A stretch of 64,000 nt of DNA. Source: Schmidtea polychroa (taxonomy: Eukaryota). The stretch is taken from assembly GCA_044892525.1 (NCBI GenBank), contig CM097887.1, positions 2,108,001 through 2,172,000 on the forward strand, in the 5' to 3' direction. A program made the translations under genes and the position numbers. Shown here in pieces: positions 26,561 through 39,745 of this stretch; position 1 is the stretch's first letter; each line of letters begins with the position of its first letter. The notes below the pieces were generated by a model. That model was not told the DNA's origin and did not search any database. It was given only the letters and a program-made list of their open reading frames with translations.

Positions 26561-27353
26561 AAAAATCCCTGAGACGTTTATTTGAATTTGGATTTAAATT
26601 TAAAATTAAAATATATAAAAATTAAAAAACGTTTTTTTATAAAATAAAATATAAAAAATAGGAAATATTATTTTGGTAATTAAAATATAATTAAACCAAT
26701 AAATTTAATATAAAATATGAAATAAATTTATTATCCCCCAACAATAATTATTTAATTTAATAATATAATTCACTTGAAAAAGGCTGTGCCGAAAATTCGT
26801 GAGTATCAAAAAACATCGATATATTACTGATTTATNNNNNNNNNNNNNNNNNNNNNNNNNNNNNNNNNNNNNNNNNNNNNNNNNNNNNNNNNNNNNNNNN
26901 NNNNNNNNNNNNNNNNNNNNNNNNNNNNNNNNNNNNNNNNNNNNNNNNNNNNNNNNNNNNNNNNNNNNNNNNNNNNNNNNNNNNNNNNNNNNNNNNNNNN
27001 NNNNNNNNNNNNNNNNNNNNNNNNNNNNNNNNNNNNNNNNNNNNNNNNNNNNNNNNNNNNNNNNNNNNNNNNNNNNNNNNNNNAAAATATTTATATTTAC
27101 ACTGACAATAACAATTGACATCAAGACATGCTTGCATCACAATAATATAATAATAGAGGCAACTCCGTCAACAGAAAAATATTAAAAATTTGTATACATC
27201 TAGGTCAAATATGAATTTATTCTCCTCCCCAAAATTTGATATAAATATGGGAAATTTACACTCAACCAAAATCATTGAGAAATCAGATCAACTTTCATCA
27301 AGATAGGAAATAATAAGAAATTTTTAAGAGAAATAATTGAAATAATGAAATTC

Positions 27354-30148
27354 TCAATCTGCCCCCGGTAACCCATGTCTGGACTTAGTATTCTGGAGGA
27401 GCTCGTGCCACTGAAATACTTCTTCACCGTTCGACTGAAGCATGTTTTTCCAATGGCTCAACTCTTCTGACGAGGAATTATTCAATCCTAAAAAGGTCCG
27501 CAAATATTTNNNNNNNNNNNNNNNNNNNNNNNNNNNNNNNNNNNNNNNNNNNNNNNNNNNNNNNNNNNNNNNNNNNNNNNNNNNNNNNNNNNNNNNNNNN
27601 NNNNNNNNNNNNNNNNNNNNNNNNNNNNNNNNNNNNNNNNNNNNNNNNNNNNNNNNNNNNNNNNNNNNNNNNNNNNNNNNNNNNNNNNNNNNNNNNNNGG
27701 GACACAAATTTAAATAAAAACCAACTGCATTAATACTGCAGAGATCTTGCACGCCCCCCAGACGCATGAAACTTGGATTATCATACCCACCAGGTTATAT
27801 CTTTAGGAAGCTACTAGAAACCTCTAGAGAAAAGAGCTCCCAATTAATGAATAATTTTAAAATTAAATTATTTGGGGCGTCCAAATACCACGGGGTACAA
27901 ATGCAGGGTAAACATTAAATTCGGCCCCTGTGGGCTATTAGAAATAATGCGCCACATTTCGTATGAAAATTCACAGAATAGCAAACGGGAGCTGGATGTC
28001 CGGCCAAGTTATACAAAAGTGTCAGACCTAAAAAATGAATTTATTACCTATATACCGTATTTTAGCGCATATAACGCGCACGGTATCTGATTACAATAAA
28101 CAATAAAACCGATGGTAGGGTTACTGTCACATCATAAAAATATTTCCACTGGCAATGCAACCACGTGTAAAATATAAATCATAAAGCGCGCACCCACAGA
28201 TACCGCGCATGGGGGGTGCACGGTTTGTAAAAATGCGTATAACGTGCGCGTTATATGCGCTAAAATACGGTACAAAGCAAAAAACACAAAATTGAATTAA
28301 ATTAAATTAAAAATCCTTTAAGAACAAAAACAAACCTTAATGCAAACAAAAAACAAAAGTAACTTATATATTTATTTTCCTAGATTTTTCTTTGGCAAAC
28401 TGATCAATAATATCCCTCTCCTCGTATTCAAACTATCAAATAAATCTCTCTCAATTAATATAATGAAAATAGAGAGAGATAAAAATTCACTTGAAAAAGG
28501 CAGTGCCGAAAATTCGTGAGTATCAACAAACATCGATATATTACTGATTTATANNNNNNNNNNNNNNNNNNNNNNNNNNNNNNNNNNNNNNNNNNNNNNN
28601 NNNNNNNNNNNNNNNNNNNNNNNNNNNNNNNNNNNNNNNNNNNNNNNNNNNNNNNNNNNNNNNNNNNNNNNNNNNNNNNNNNNNNNNNNNNNNNNNNNNN
28701 NNNNNNNNNNNNNNNNNNNNNNNNNNNNNNNNNNNNNNNCCAATAGAAAACCATCCGATAATTTCTTTACGGTGCGCAGATTTTCTGTGGTAAATTCCAA
28801 AGATCATCGTCACTTCTTCCAGTTGAAATTGGGGAACCTGAAACATGAATTTTTCTTTGAATAAAGGATTTGCTTGATTTCTCCTTATTTCTGTTTTGCT
28901 TCTTGTGATTTCTTGATTGTTTGCTGCACTAAGAGTGACTTTTACAAAGGAATCTAAATAGTTTTTATTAGTTAATAATGTATTTTAGTAGGTGACATCT
29001 CTTTCTTTTTATAATGTTCTTTTATGTTTGTTTTGCTAATGTTTACATTGGTGAATATGAACTTGGTATGGCAGAACATATTGTAGGCCTCAATCTTATA
29101 CCCGTCCATAAACTAAATGAAACAATGCTTGGAGGCAACACAAGGATTTATATTGAATGGATACATATGGCCAAAATGTAGAGAAGTTAAGGTAGATTAA
29201 TTAAATATTTTGAATTGAAAAATATATATTTATTTAAATAAACTAAAACATGTTAGTTATCGGTAGTGCGTAGACCCGTACGAATGTCTGACAATTATAG
29301 TGCAGAAAAATGCGCTCACTTACGAACAGTCACCCATTCAATACATTACCAACGTTGAACGATCAATAGATATTGATTGGCTAAATCTATTGTATTCTCG
29401 GATATGCTGGAAACTGCGCGAACAGCATAATTTAGCTCTACTTGTAACCGAGCAATTATTTATAATTAAAAATATATTTCATTGTTTAAAAAGACAAAGA
29501 AGCAGAAGAAAGAAAATTTCAAAAGTAAAATGAAAAGCAATTAGATTAAAGCAATGAAAATAACTCATTCATTAATTAGAAGTCGAGGAGCTGAGCTTCA
29601 ATTCTCAGTTGGTAGGGAGTTAGAACAGCTATGTACATGGGAGGTGATGTAAATATTTACCTACCGAAGCCCTAGAATTAATAGATAATGGTGTCAGAGA
29701 CACTAACAAATCCAGACCTATAGCTCATACACAAAAAGGATGTAACTAATTCAATGTTTTTGCTCATTTTTATTATTTCACATACACAAAAACATTTAGT
29801 AAGAAAATACTAAATTCATATAAACTGAAAATCAAATATGAAAATAGTTTCATAGGATAATGTGAATAAATTTTACATTGGCCAGATATAGCTGGGGGCT
29901 TCTATGAGACCATAAATTTTCTAAATGGATAAATCGGCCTAGGAGAGTCAGTTGTTATAATTATACTAAAATGTGTTGCCCAAAGGCGTTAACATCCTAA
30001 TTATTTTAGAGGCAAATATTGCATTGTCTGTATACTCATATATCTTATGTGTTCTATGTGTCCTATATGTCCTATATATCCTATGTGTTCTATGTGTCCT
30101 ATATGTCCTATATATCCTATATTTTCTGTGTCCTATATGTCATATGTG

Positions 30149-30209
<61 letters not shown>

Positions 30210-33200
30210 GGTTGTTAATATCGGTTTTTCGAGCAATCCGATTATCGTTTGTATAAATCCGATTTTAAACCGATTATCGTTTGCACTTTGCATAACCAAA
30301 GCTACTTACATTATTACTATTCACGCACGTGTATAGTATAATTAGTTTTATTCAAAGTTTATACCACACACAAGGAGAATATGAACTGACTGTTTATGTA
30401 AAAAGTTAAAGCATATAAGTAAATTTGTTTTCAATTTCTTCGGTAATTTTCCCTGTATATACTAAAGTATAAATCAAAATAAAACTTTCCGGTGCTGCGG
30501 CGGCCTTATTTTAAAATTAAACATAAACATATCGAAACCATAGATATCAAAAACAAAGATTCCAAAGTGTAAACATTTAAAAGTAAGTACTAAATTCGAT
30601 TTTATTTTTAAATATCAGACAAGTCCTGGTTCATATTCAAAAAGACCAAAGATTCTGCATGATCTGGAAGGAGCCGGTTACGAAGCTTGGTTATCAGACG
30701 TCCAGTGGCCGAAAATAATCGTTCCGATTGCACTGAGGTTGCAGGAATGCATAAGAACTTCCGGGCAAGAATAGCTGTTTTGGGGAAAAGTTTCATATTA
30801 TGTTTCCACCACTCCAGGGCTGTTTCACTTGAGTTTGTTGACCATGATGATTTGACGTAATATTCAAAGTCGGATTCCTCTGGCGCCTGTTGTGCTGCAC
30901 TATCACCAAGGAGAAACATAACTGCATCATGATTTGGTCGTGATCTTTTAGTTAGTGGGATCATGTTATCTTCATCCTGACTCGTCTTCGGCTGTTCGGG
31001 GCAATCTGGCAGCTGTCTGAGGAGATGACGGACATTTTCATACACCAGCTTTTTGAAATCGTCCGGAAATCCAGGAAGATGCTTATACATCGGATCGAGA
31101 ATTGATGCAACAACGCATTCGTTTTTTGCTGTTTCATTATTTTCTAATCCAAAACGACGTGAAATATTCTTAGAAAGATCTCTCTTAAATTCACCCATAA
31201 TGTCAGAATCTTCTTCTTTAATGGTTAAATGATTTTTCACGAGTCCCCATAACATGGGAAAAACACAAGAGGCTGATGGCTGGCTTTCGGCTGACATGAC
31301 GGACGGCACGATCTGCAACGCTTTTAAAACAGGGAGCAATTCAGTCATCAGTTGCCAATAATCGTCCTTCATGCCCAACGTTTTGGCATCGTTCAATTTC
31401 ACCACGTTTTTGTTGCTCAATACTGCAACTACTGGCCATCTCAGTTCTACTAGTCGTTCAAACATGTCATAGACGCTGTTCCAACGAGTCTTACAGTGCT
31501 GAATAAGTTTTAGTGGCGTTTTATCCTTGTCCATGGACAACTGTCTTTTCAGGAGCTCCCCCGTTGCCATTAGGCTATGTGAGAAATGTCCGACTAGTCG
31601 TGCTGCAGCTGATATACATTTGGAAATTTGATGATCCGTGACAACATGGGAGCCCATTGCATTATTGATGCAAAGTTGCAATTTATGCGCCGCACAGTGA
31701 ACGTCAAACCATCCATTGAGATTGCCTGTATGATTGATGTTGGATGCACCATCATGGACACATGCAACAATTTTTTCTTTTATTGACCATTCATCAGCTA
31801 TACTACATAGGTGGTCAGCAATGACGGCTTGTGTGTGGCGTTGAGTCATCAGAATTGTTCCAAGAACAGGCGTCATCATATAGCTTCATTGGTGACACTA
31901 GTCCAGATGTCGGTAGTGTTGACATTTTCATGGATATATTTCGACATTTTGACCACTAAATTATTTTTCATTGCTGTTAGTCGTGCTGTCATCGTCTGAC
32001 GACACGGAGGACGATATCCTGGCTCCACTATCGCCATCAATTCACGGAAGGATTTCGATTCCACGAGCGAAATTGCCAACATATTTTCGGAAATCAATCT
32101 CGCAACAGCAGCCGTAATTTTTTCCTGTTTACTACTCGGACAATTTCTTTGTGTTGTAATCAATGCAGTCAATCGTGTTTGAGTATTTGAAGATGTTGTT
32201 AATCCACCATGTTTGCTACGCAAATGTGCATGCAAACCAGTCGTAGTACCTCCACTCCTACTTATTTGCTGTGCACAGAGCTTACATTGTGCCATCGTCG
32301 CCGAAATTTTATCAAAATTGTCCCAGACGTCAGACTTATTTATACGGAAACCCATAAATTTAACCTGATTTTGTATTGATTTAGATAATATAAAAAATGT
32401 TTATTGAATATTACGTAATATTCAAACTAAACCGCAATTTTCAATTATATGGATTAATAACAGCTACTACGAGAGCAACTAACTGAATGAATGGAAATTA
32501 TATAACAGTTTATATGTTTATAGTAGATTTGAACCATGGATTGGACTTTCCAAAATCTTGTCATAAATTAAAATCCCGAAAATCAATTTACTTCGACCTG
32601 AGCAGCCTCTTAGACATTGTCAAAAGATCAACAAACTGAATAAATTTGAGAATGGTCGTCACCCAAACTTGAAGTTTGTCCTAGTGTCCAACTCTCTTCC
32701 ATATTTCAATGGGTAAACAACCAAACATTATGATTCGAGGAATGGCACATGTCTTTCGATCTCTTTACATCTGGCTTTCATGAAGATGATGCGGTATGCA
32801 ATTCAGTTTATTCTGGTTTTAAGTTAAAACCAGAATAAACTTTTAACCGGTTCGCAGATGCAAGATATCAGATTGCAAAATAGACCTTCACGGACTAAAC
32901 ACAAAATCGCCGACCTCGGCCACATCTAGTCCCTGTCAAGGAGGTTAATAGCTAAGCTTCTGTTATGGACTGCAGTAATCAAATCTTTGGTGGCCGATTT
33001 CGGCAACAAATATCAGGTTGCCAAACAAAACCGGCAAAATGCAAATACTAAAACACACAACCACAACCTTGGCCTCAGCTGGTCCCGATTAAAAGATTTA
33101 ATGGGCACAGTACCTGTCAGGGGCTGTATAAACAAATCAGCGGTTGACGATTACGGACATCAACTGACAAATAACTGGTCAGTCGGTGAGATATGTTGGA

Positions 33201-33490
33201 ATACTAGAGCAACCTCTTGCCGTTGTTACAGGAATGGGATAATTGAAAAGATTGACTCATGTACAAACACGTTGTAAGGAGTTTTGACGAGTTGAAAAAA
33301 ACTGCCCCTTTCTGTCGGTAAAATTGAATGGATACAGTAGTAAACAATGAACAAAATTAAATTCCCGGCATTCAATTTATCTGTATAATATGTAAAAGAC
33401 AAACAAAACCGATTATCGTTTTGTGAAATAAAGAAACCGATAATCGTTTTCAAAATCGAAAATCGGATTTCCGATTTTCGTTTAACAACC

Positions 33491-33561
<71 letters not shown>

Positions 33562-34974
33562 TATGTGTCCTATATGTCCTATATGCCCTATATATCCTAT
33601 ATGTCATATGTGTTATATATCTTCTATGTGTCCTATATGTCCTATATGTTCTATAAAAGTTTAAAAAGTTTAAAATGTTAAAAGGTTATAATTTTATAAA
33701 ATGAAAATTCAATATAAAGAAAAATGATTTAATAAATAGAAAATAAGATAATTATATTGATAGAAAGAGCACCTCAAAAGGGTAAATATTAAATATCTTA
33801 GTTTTTGAATGAGTGACGGGATAAAACTGTTTTATTCAACTGATATTCAATGGAATTTCAAATGTATTTGACTCTGATCGGTATCATGTAACAACTAGAC
33901 CACCGACTCGATCTAACTCAATCACATTAAAATGTTAACCTAAAATCCGACACTTCCTGCACGTCGCATGAAATTTCACTATTTTTCTCTATCACTAATA
34001 TGAAATGCATATAAATACATGTAATATCTTACAAACTAGGTGTATGAGCAAATTATGTGTGTGTGTGTATAAATTGAGTGCAGCAATTTTATTGATAATG
34101 CTGGCATTATATTTCACAAAAAATGAAATTTATTTTCTGCATTTATATTTTACCATACCCCCTTTGATCGTTCTCATTTATAATATATCATCAGTTTGAA
34201 GGAATTGAATCTTGCAACTTCCGCAACTTCACGTTCAATATTTACTAGAATGCATCAGTTTATATCTTACCTTTATTATTTTCATTTCTCCCACTATTAC
34301 CTCTTATTTACACTCATTTGGAATAGAAGGATAAACTATAAGTCATATTCCATTTCCATTATAAAATTTTATATGTTTTAAAGATTGGAGAGTCTCAAGT
34401 CCTGGACAACCACATTTTTCATCGAAATTTATCAAAAGATCTTTATCAAAACTTACTGGGTAACTTCTCATCGTTTCTAGACAAAGGATTTTTGAAAGCA
34501 TTCCCCTTGACAATTTCAACTGTCAGTCTACCTGTGATTGGATTGTAAGCAAGTCCCAGTAACAGCTCAGCTTCAACTCCTATCATTTTTTCCACTTGAA
34601 TATTTGCCTTCTTGGACATTTCCTTTGCGAAATTGTTTTCGTCGTCGGCCATCTTAATTACAACAACATATGTCACTATCTTATAAGTTATAAATATTTA
34701 TAAAAATCAGTCACAACATAGACAATATAGTCTCAACTAGACAACATTTTCATCTACCCGGTTAAACGGATTTTTTTTTACTGGATTTGAACGAGTGACG
34801 AAAATATGGGATAAATTTGATTCAGAAGATGATACAATAGATGAGGTTTCGGACTTAGCACTAAAAAAGGATTTAATCGGAGTGATCTTGATCGTTTTCA
34901 CTATTTTCTCTGTTTTTGAAGAGATTATAGACTATAAATAAATATCCAATAATAATAATAATAATAATAATAAT

Positions 34975-35010
<36 letters not shown>

Positions 35011-38000
35011 TTAAATAAACATTGCGAAGATTTAATTATAAGGAAGCGCAGCCTGAACATTTGTTTACAATATATTTAGGAAGGTTTCATGACATCAACA
35101 AATAGGATAGAATAACTATAGATATTATGTATTTTATGAACAAATTTTAATTTTTCTTTTTAATAAAATTAATTTTTAAATTTAAATTTAAATAATCAAT
35201 TACATTTCAATTTATACTAAGTATTTTTAAAGATTTTAAAACATTTCATTATAATTTTATGAAATACTAAATTAGGAACTTATATTCATGGGCGTCAGCA
35301 GGAATTTGTCCAAGGGGGCAAAAATATTTATTTACCAAGTAGACAATTTTTCTAGGGGGGAAGAGAGTTGAAGAAAATGCATGTGTATAATAAATATTTG
35401 GGGAATGATACAAAATAGGACTTTTATTCCGTTTATTTACAAAATAGAACACTTATTTCAAAACCAGAACGCCAGTTAATATTGAAAGTTTTGTACAAAT
35501 AAGATGATTTGAAATCATTGATTTCCAGATATGATTAATAACAATAAAAAAAACAGGAAGCCTCTTTAAATTAAATTTTTTAATAATTTTTTTTGTCTTG
35601 GGTTTTTCCAACATTGTTTAAGCGCATCTATTAAAATGTGTTTAAATTAGTGGAAACATAGAATGGTTTGGGAAATTCAGGGGGAGGGCTAGTGCCACCA
35701 CTTGCGGACGCCCATACTTGTATTCAGTAAAAATCTCCAACAAAATGTACAACTAATATATAATATAAATGTATATTTTGACTGTATATTATCTGTCAAT
35801 TTGTTTAGTCCAAAGCAATTTGGACAGACTCGAAATTCAAGTCTATGACAGCATTTGCTAACAGTGCAGTCAATCCAATATTGACAACTGACAATATTCA
35901 TCCAATACAAAACGTTCTTGATAAGCGAACATTAAACGAGCCAATCAAATGATTTCATCTTCGAAACCTGTTGCAAAATCCAATCATATCAAAGCTATGA
36001 ATAGAATATGACCAAAACAATCGCCGGTCTAATAATTAAATAATTTTTAAAATATAATTTAAATAATTTAAAAATAAAACCTAAAATGAGTTTAAAAATA
36101 TTACATTTACAATCCTTCCAATTAATTACCTCTGTATTTTTCTTATCAAGATGTTTCAGTTCGGCCCGTTTTTCCATTTTCAGCCGATATTGGTCTTGTT
36201 TTTTCAAATTGACATTGCCTAAACCGATTATGGTTTCACTAAGTAGAATATCCCGCCGCTTCCGTTCACACCCGTACAATCGTATTCGAACCGCTGTTGT
36301 TGAAATGTCCTCTGGATTGAAATGTAATGGTTAATATGTAATGGGTCATGCTGTGAAATTATCCCATTCAAAATCTTTATGAAAACCCTTATATCTTATA
36401 TTATCTGCAAATTATTCTCACATTTCAGAATGAATATCAATCCAGATATTTGGTTAATCCAGATAAAAAAATTAAAGAGCCACATAAAAAATTTACCATG
36501 GTAAATCCTCATCAAATAATATAACAAACAAAAATTAAATTGCTGTTTTATTACAGTTTGACCAATAATTCACAATTAATTAACTTTCTTGAAATTATTA
36601 TTTTACAGTGTCATTATGAATTAAAACTAAAATTGAATGTGAACATTATTAAATGAACATATTTCGGCAGAATACCCAAGAATCACACGATAAAGCTCCA
36701 AGAGCCGCATACAGCTAGTGAGCCACAGGTGCCCGAGCCCTGATCTATGTATGCATATGAATGAGTGATCACCAAATGGCAAATTTTATTATAACTTTTA
36801 ATTTTTATCGACAACATGGCATTTTTATTTTAATGTTATCTGAAAATCGACTTTCCTCTATTAAATGATGCATAATTTGTCATATTTAAACCATTAATTC
36901 TTTTTTTAACTGTTACTACTATATAATAATACCAAAAATATTGTCATTCAAGAGTTACTGAACTAAGATAAATATGGATTAAACCACATATTGTCTTTTT
37001 TAACATATAAATCTATGGAGAATTATTGATTTCGATTGATAACATGATTCTGACATTTTGACGCCCATGACAAAATGTTTTTTTGATAACCTAAATCTGT
37101 ATATTTAGGGTGATCGTAAAATCTTTGGATAATTTTGTGTTTTGGTTATAGGTAAGTTATAGGTAAGTTATAGGTGGTTATAGGTGGTTAGTTGATTGGT
37201 ATTATCAATTTGGTAAGGTAGGTGTTTAATGTGTAGGGCTTGTTATTGTATAATAAATTTTCCTATGCTGAATAATATTACTCTAATCTTCTGTGAGATA
37301 AGGGTCCTGAAGTTTTATGCATTGGCGTAATTCACAATTTTTAACCAATAAAATTGTGCGTCATTTCTATCATTTAAACTAATAAAAACAATTCCAAATT
37401 ATACTTGCAGACATTTCTGGGAATTCGAGGAATTCTGGCACACTGAAAGAGTTTGATGCAAATTGTTTGCTGTTCCATCGGAATAGCTTCTTATCAGATT
37501 CATCAAAGATCGCCACTGCCAGTAGGTAGGAACTAGCCCCACCAATTATCTTGCTTGGTAGGTGATCTACTCCATGAAACGTTATTGTTAACAAACTTCG
37601 CATCATTTCGAACTTGAAAGTCACGATAACGGTACCAAATTTCTGAATTCGCTCATCAGAGACATCCGATCTCGCCTGAAAAATTAATATTCTTAAAAAT
37701 AAAATCAAAATGCGAGTATCATTAGCCTAGAATCTAGGCCCTAGATCCAGTTACAAGCAAATACATTTCATAATAGAATCCATTTGTTTAGGGTACCAAG
37801 TCAAGTAGAGAGGAGTGAATAAGCAGAACCTATTCAAATAGACAAAAGGGTGAAGAAAATTTCATGATAGGATATAAATAATAAGATAAAATAGAAAAAG
37901 GAAAATTTTTAACTTTTATAATATTTCGCTTATAGGGTTTCTCATCTATTAATATGAGCTTTGCATTTATTAGTGCTAATATTTCATTTAATAATATTTA

Positions 38001-39745
38001 TTTATCGATCAATATTGTTTTTATCAGTTAATTTCATATGTAATTTATTTGTTATTATCAATTAGATGAATTATAATAGAAAATGACTGCAATGAAAATA
38101 CAAATGGCAAAATGAAGGAGAATAAAGGAAATATTTATTGTACAAAATTATTTATTTTTGATCTATTGATAAATTTAAACAAATAATCAAATACTTTCTT
38201 TCAACTTAGTACAATAAATGTTATATAAATAAATATAAAAATACTATATGATCTATTTAACCCATTAGCACCCATGGTAGTCAAATAAAGACTCTATTGA
38301 TGATGTTGGGTTATTGAGTTGGTGATAAATTTAAAATTCTTACTCTGACTCCAAGCGTGTCTTTGACTGATCCACAAATAACAATTAACACTGGAAACTT
38401 TATTGAATATCACAAATATTTTCACAATGATACAATTGACTCAACAAGCTAACTATTATACCGTGCTTATTACAACACTATGGTGAGGAATAGCACACTC
38501 GTATAACTTTGATGTGACAAATCTCTCACAACTGAGGAGTGTAATAATTGGTGATTTTAACTGGTTGTTCTCTGATTTTGACTTGGTTTTAATCGCCTAA
38601 CTTTATTCTATTATCCATTGAATAAACTCTTGCTGATTCTCTTTATTTCTGTTTTCTTTTTAGTTTCTATGCTTCAATGTTATTCAAATATTTTTTCTAA
38701 ATTGTTCTCTCAATGGCTTCTCCAAACTGTTCGCTAATACAATTCTCCCACGTCTTCTTAATTTTTTAATTCGTGCAGCCTAATATAATAACTTTGAATC
38801 AACAGGAAGGAAGAAGAATTATTATTTACTAAGGATATACCATCGAGGTGACNNNNNNNNNNNNNNNNNNNNNNNNNNNNNNNNNNNNNNNNNNNNNNNN
38901 NNNNNNNNNNNNNNNNNNNNNNNNNNNNNNNNNNNNNNNNNNNNNNNNNNNNNNNNNNNNNNNNNNNNNNNNNNNNNNNNNNNNNNNNNNNNNNNNNNNN
39001 NNNNNNNNNNNNNNNNNNNNNNNNNNGAGGCCATTGCTAAGTCAACCTAACGATAAGCTCTAATACACAGAATAAACATGTCAAACCAGAATGGTGGGTC
39101 CTCATTGGATATTATAGCCTTAGGTTCCTTATGGAATGTCGATAGAAAGAAAATTATAAAATCATTTAGATAAGTTTCTTACGTCGTCATCATTTTTCGA
39201 AGCTTCACCAGTTTTTTCGTATTCTTCCGCTGCGATCGTCTTGGCGTCTTCAAAATCTAAGAGCTCATGGTCAATTATTTCCCAAATAAAACAGTTAAAA
39301 GTACCTAATCCATGATCTTCGGAATCTGAAGTGTCATCAGAATCATCATCGACCTCTGTCACTTGCACACTAGCTGGAAACAGAACACCATTTCATCAAT
39401 ATTTTCAGAGGAAATTTAATCAATAAATAAATAAATTAATTAATTAATAATCAACGAAAGAAAAGAGAGAATGAATATAAAAATAAAGAAATTATCAGGA
39501 AATTATTTACAGGGCGGCTGAATGGTTTCTGTGATCCATTCTGCTGCTTCCTCCAAATTGATTGTCTGATACTGACTCTTAATGCTCGTCCTTACTGGGA
39601 TCAACCTCTTCTCATCCAATTCTTTATGCTCAGATATGTTTCCAGATTCTGAGAAAGAGCAACAGAGACTGAATATCCACCTCCAAGATATTGTGGTAGA
39701 CGGTTGGGAATAATGAGAGAAAGGAAGCCGCTTTATTATTTCCAT
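27354..39745 (-). CDS. Synaptotagmin-14/16-like tandem C2 protein; exons 39745(?)-39511, 39373-39183, 37675-37405, 36311-36130, 34652-34457, 28953-28741, 27487-27354 (5' end uncertain)
   Basis: C2A: KFGTVIVTFKF..AVRIRLYGCERKRRDILLSE. C2B: ELLLGLAYNPITGRLTVEIVKG..FVKVTL..SKTEIRRNQANPLFKEKFMFQVPQFQLEEVT..EIIGWFSIGLNNSSSEELSHW..QWHELL, the SYT14/16 pattern. Splice phases are consistent. Confidence 0.88.
28055..28270. mobile_element. 216 bp Tc2/pogo-type MITE
   Basis: Perfect 28 bp TIR ccgtattttagcgcatataacgcgcacg, flanked by TA on both sides. Confidence 0.92.
30207..33493 (-). mobile_element. Near-complete hAT transposon (3287 bp) inserted in a (TA)n tract within a synaptotagmin intron
   Basis: 12 bp TIR tagggttgttaa / ttaacaacccta, 8 bp TSD atatatat, and subterminal ccgattatcgttt repeats at both ends. 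Confidence 0.95.
30608..32355 (-). pseudogene. hAT transposase (BED finger, DDE core, dimerisation domain) split by one deletion/frameshift at ~31880
   Basis: SDVWDNF..AQCKLC..GGTTTGLHAHL (BED), TTDIWTS, VHDGASN, CAAHKLQL, CKTRWNS, ASILDP, LEWWK..CIPATSVQSERLFS. The segment expected after the TDxWTS motif is shortened at the frame switch. Confidence 0.93.
35287..35716. mobile_element. 430 bp non-autonomous hAT element (MITE)
   Basis: TIR catgggcgtcagca / tgcggacgcccata, with 8 bp TSD cttatatt / cttgtatt (one mismatch). Confidence 0.85.
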
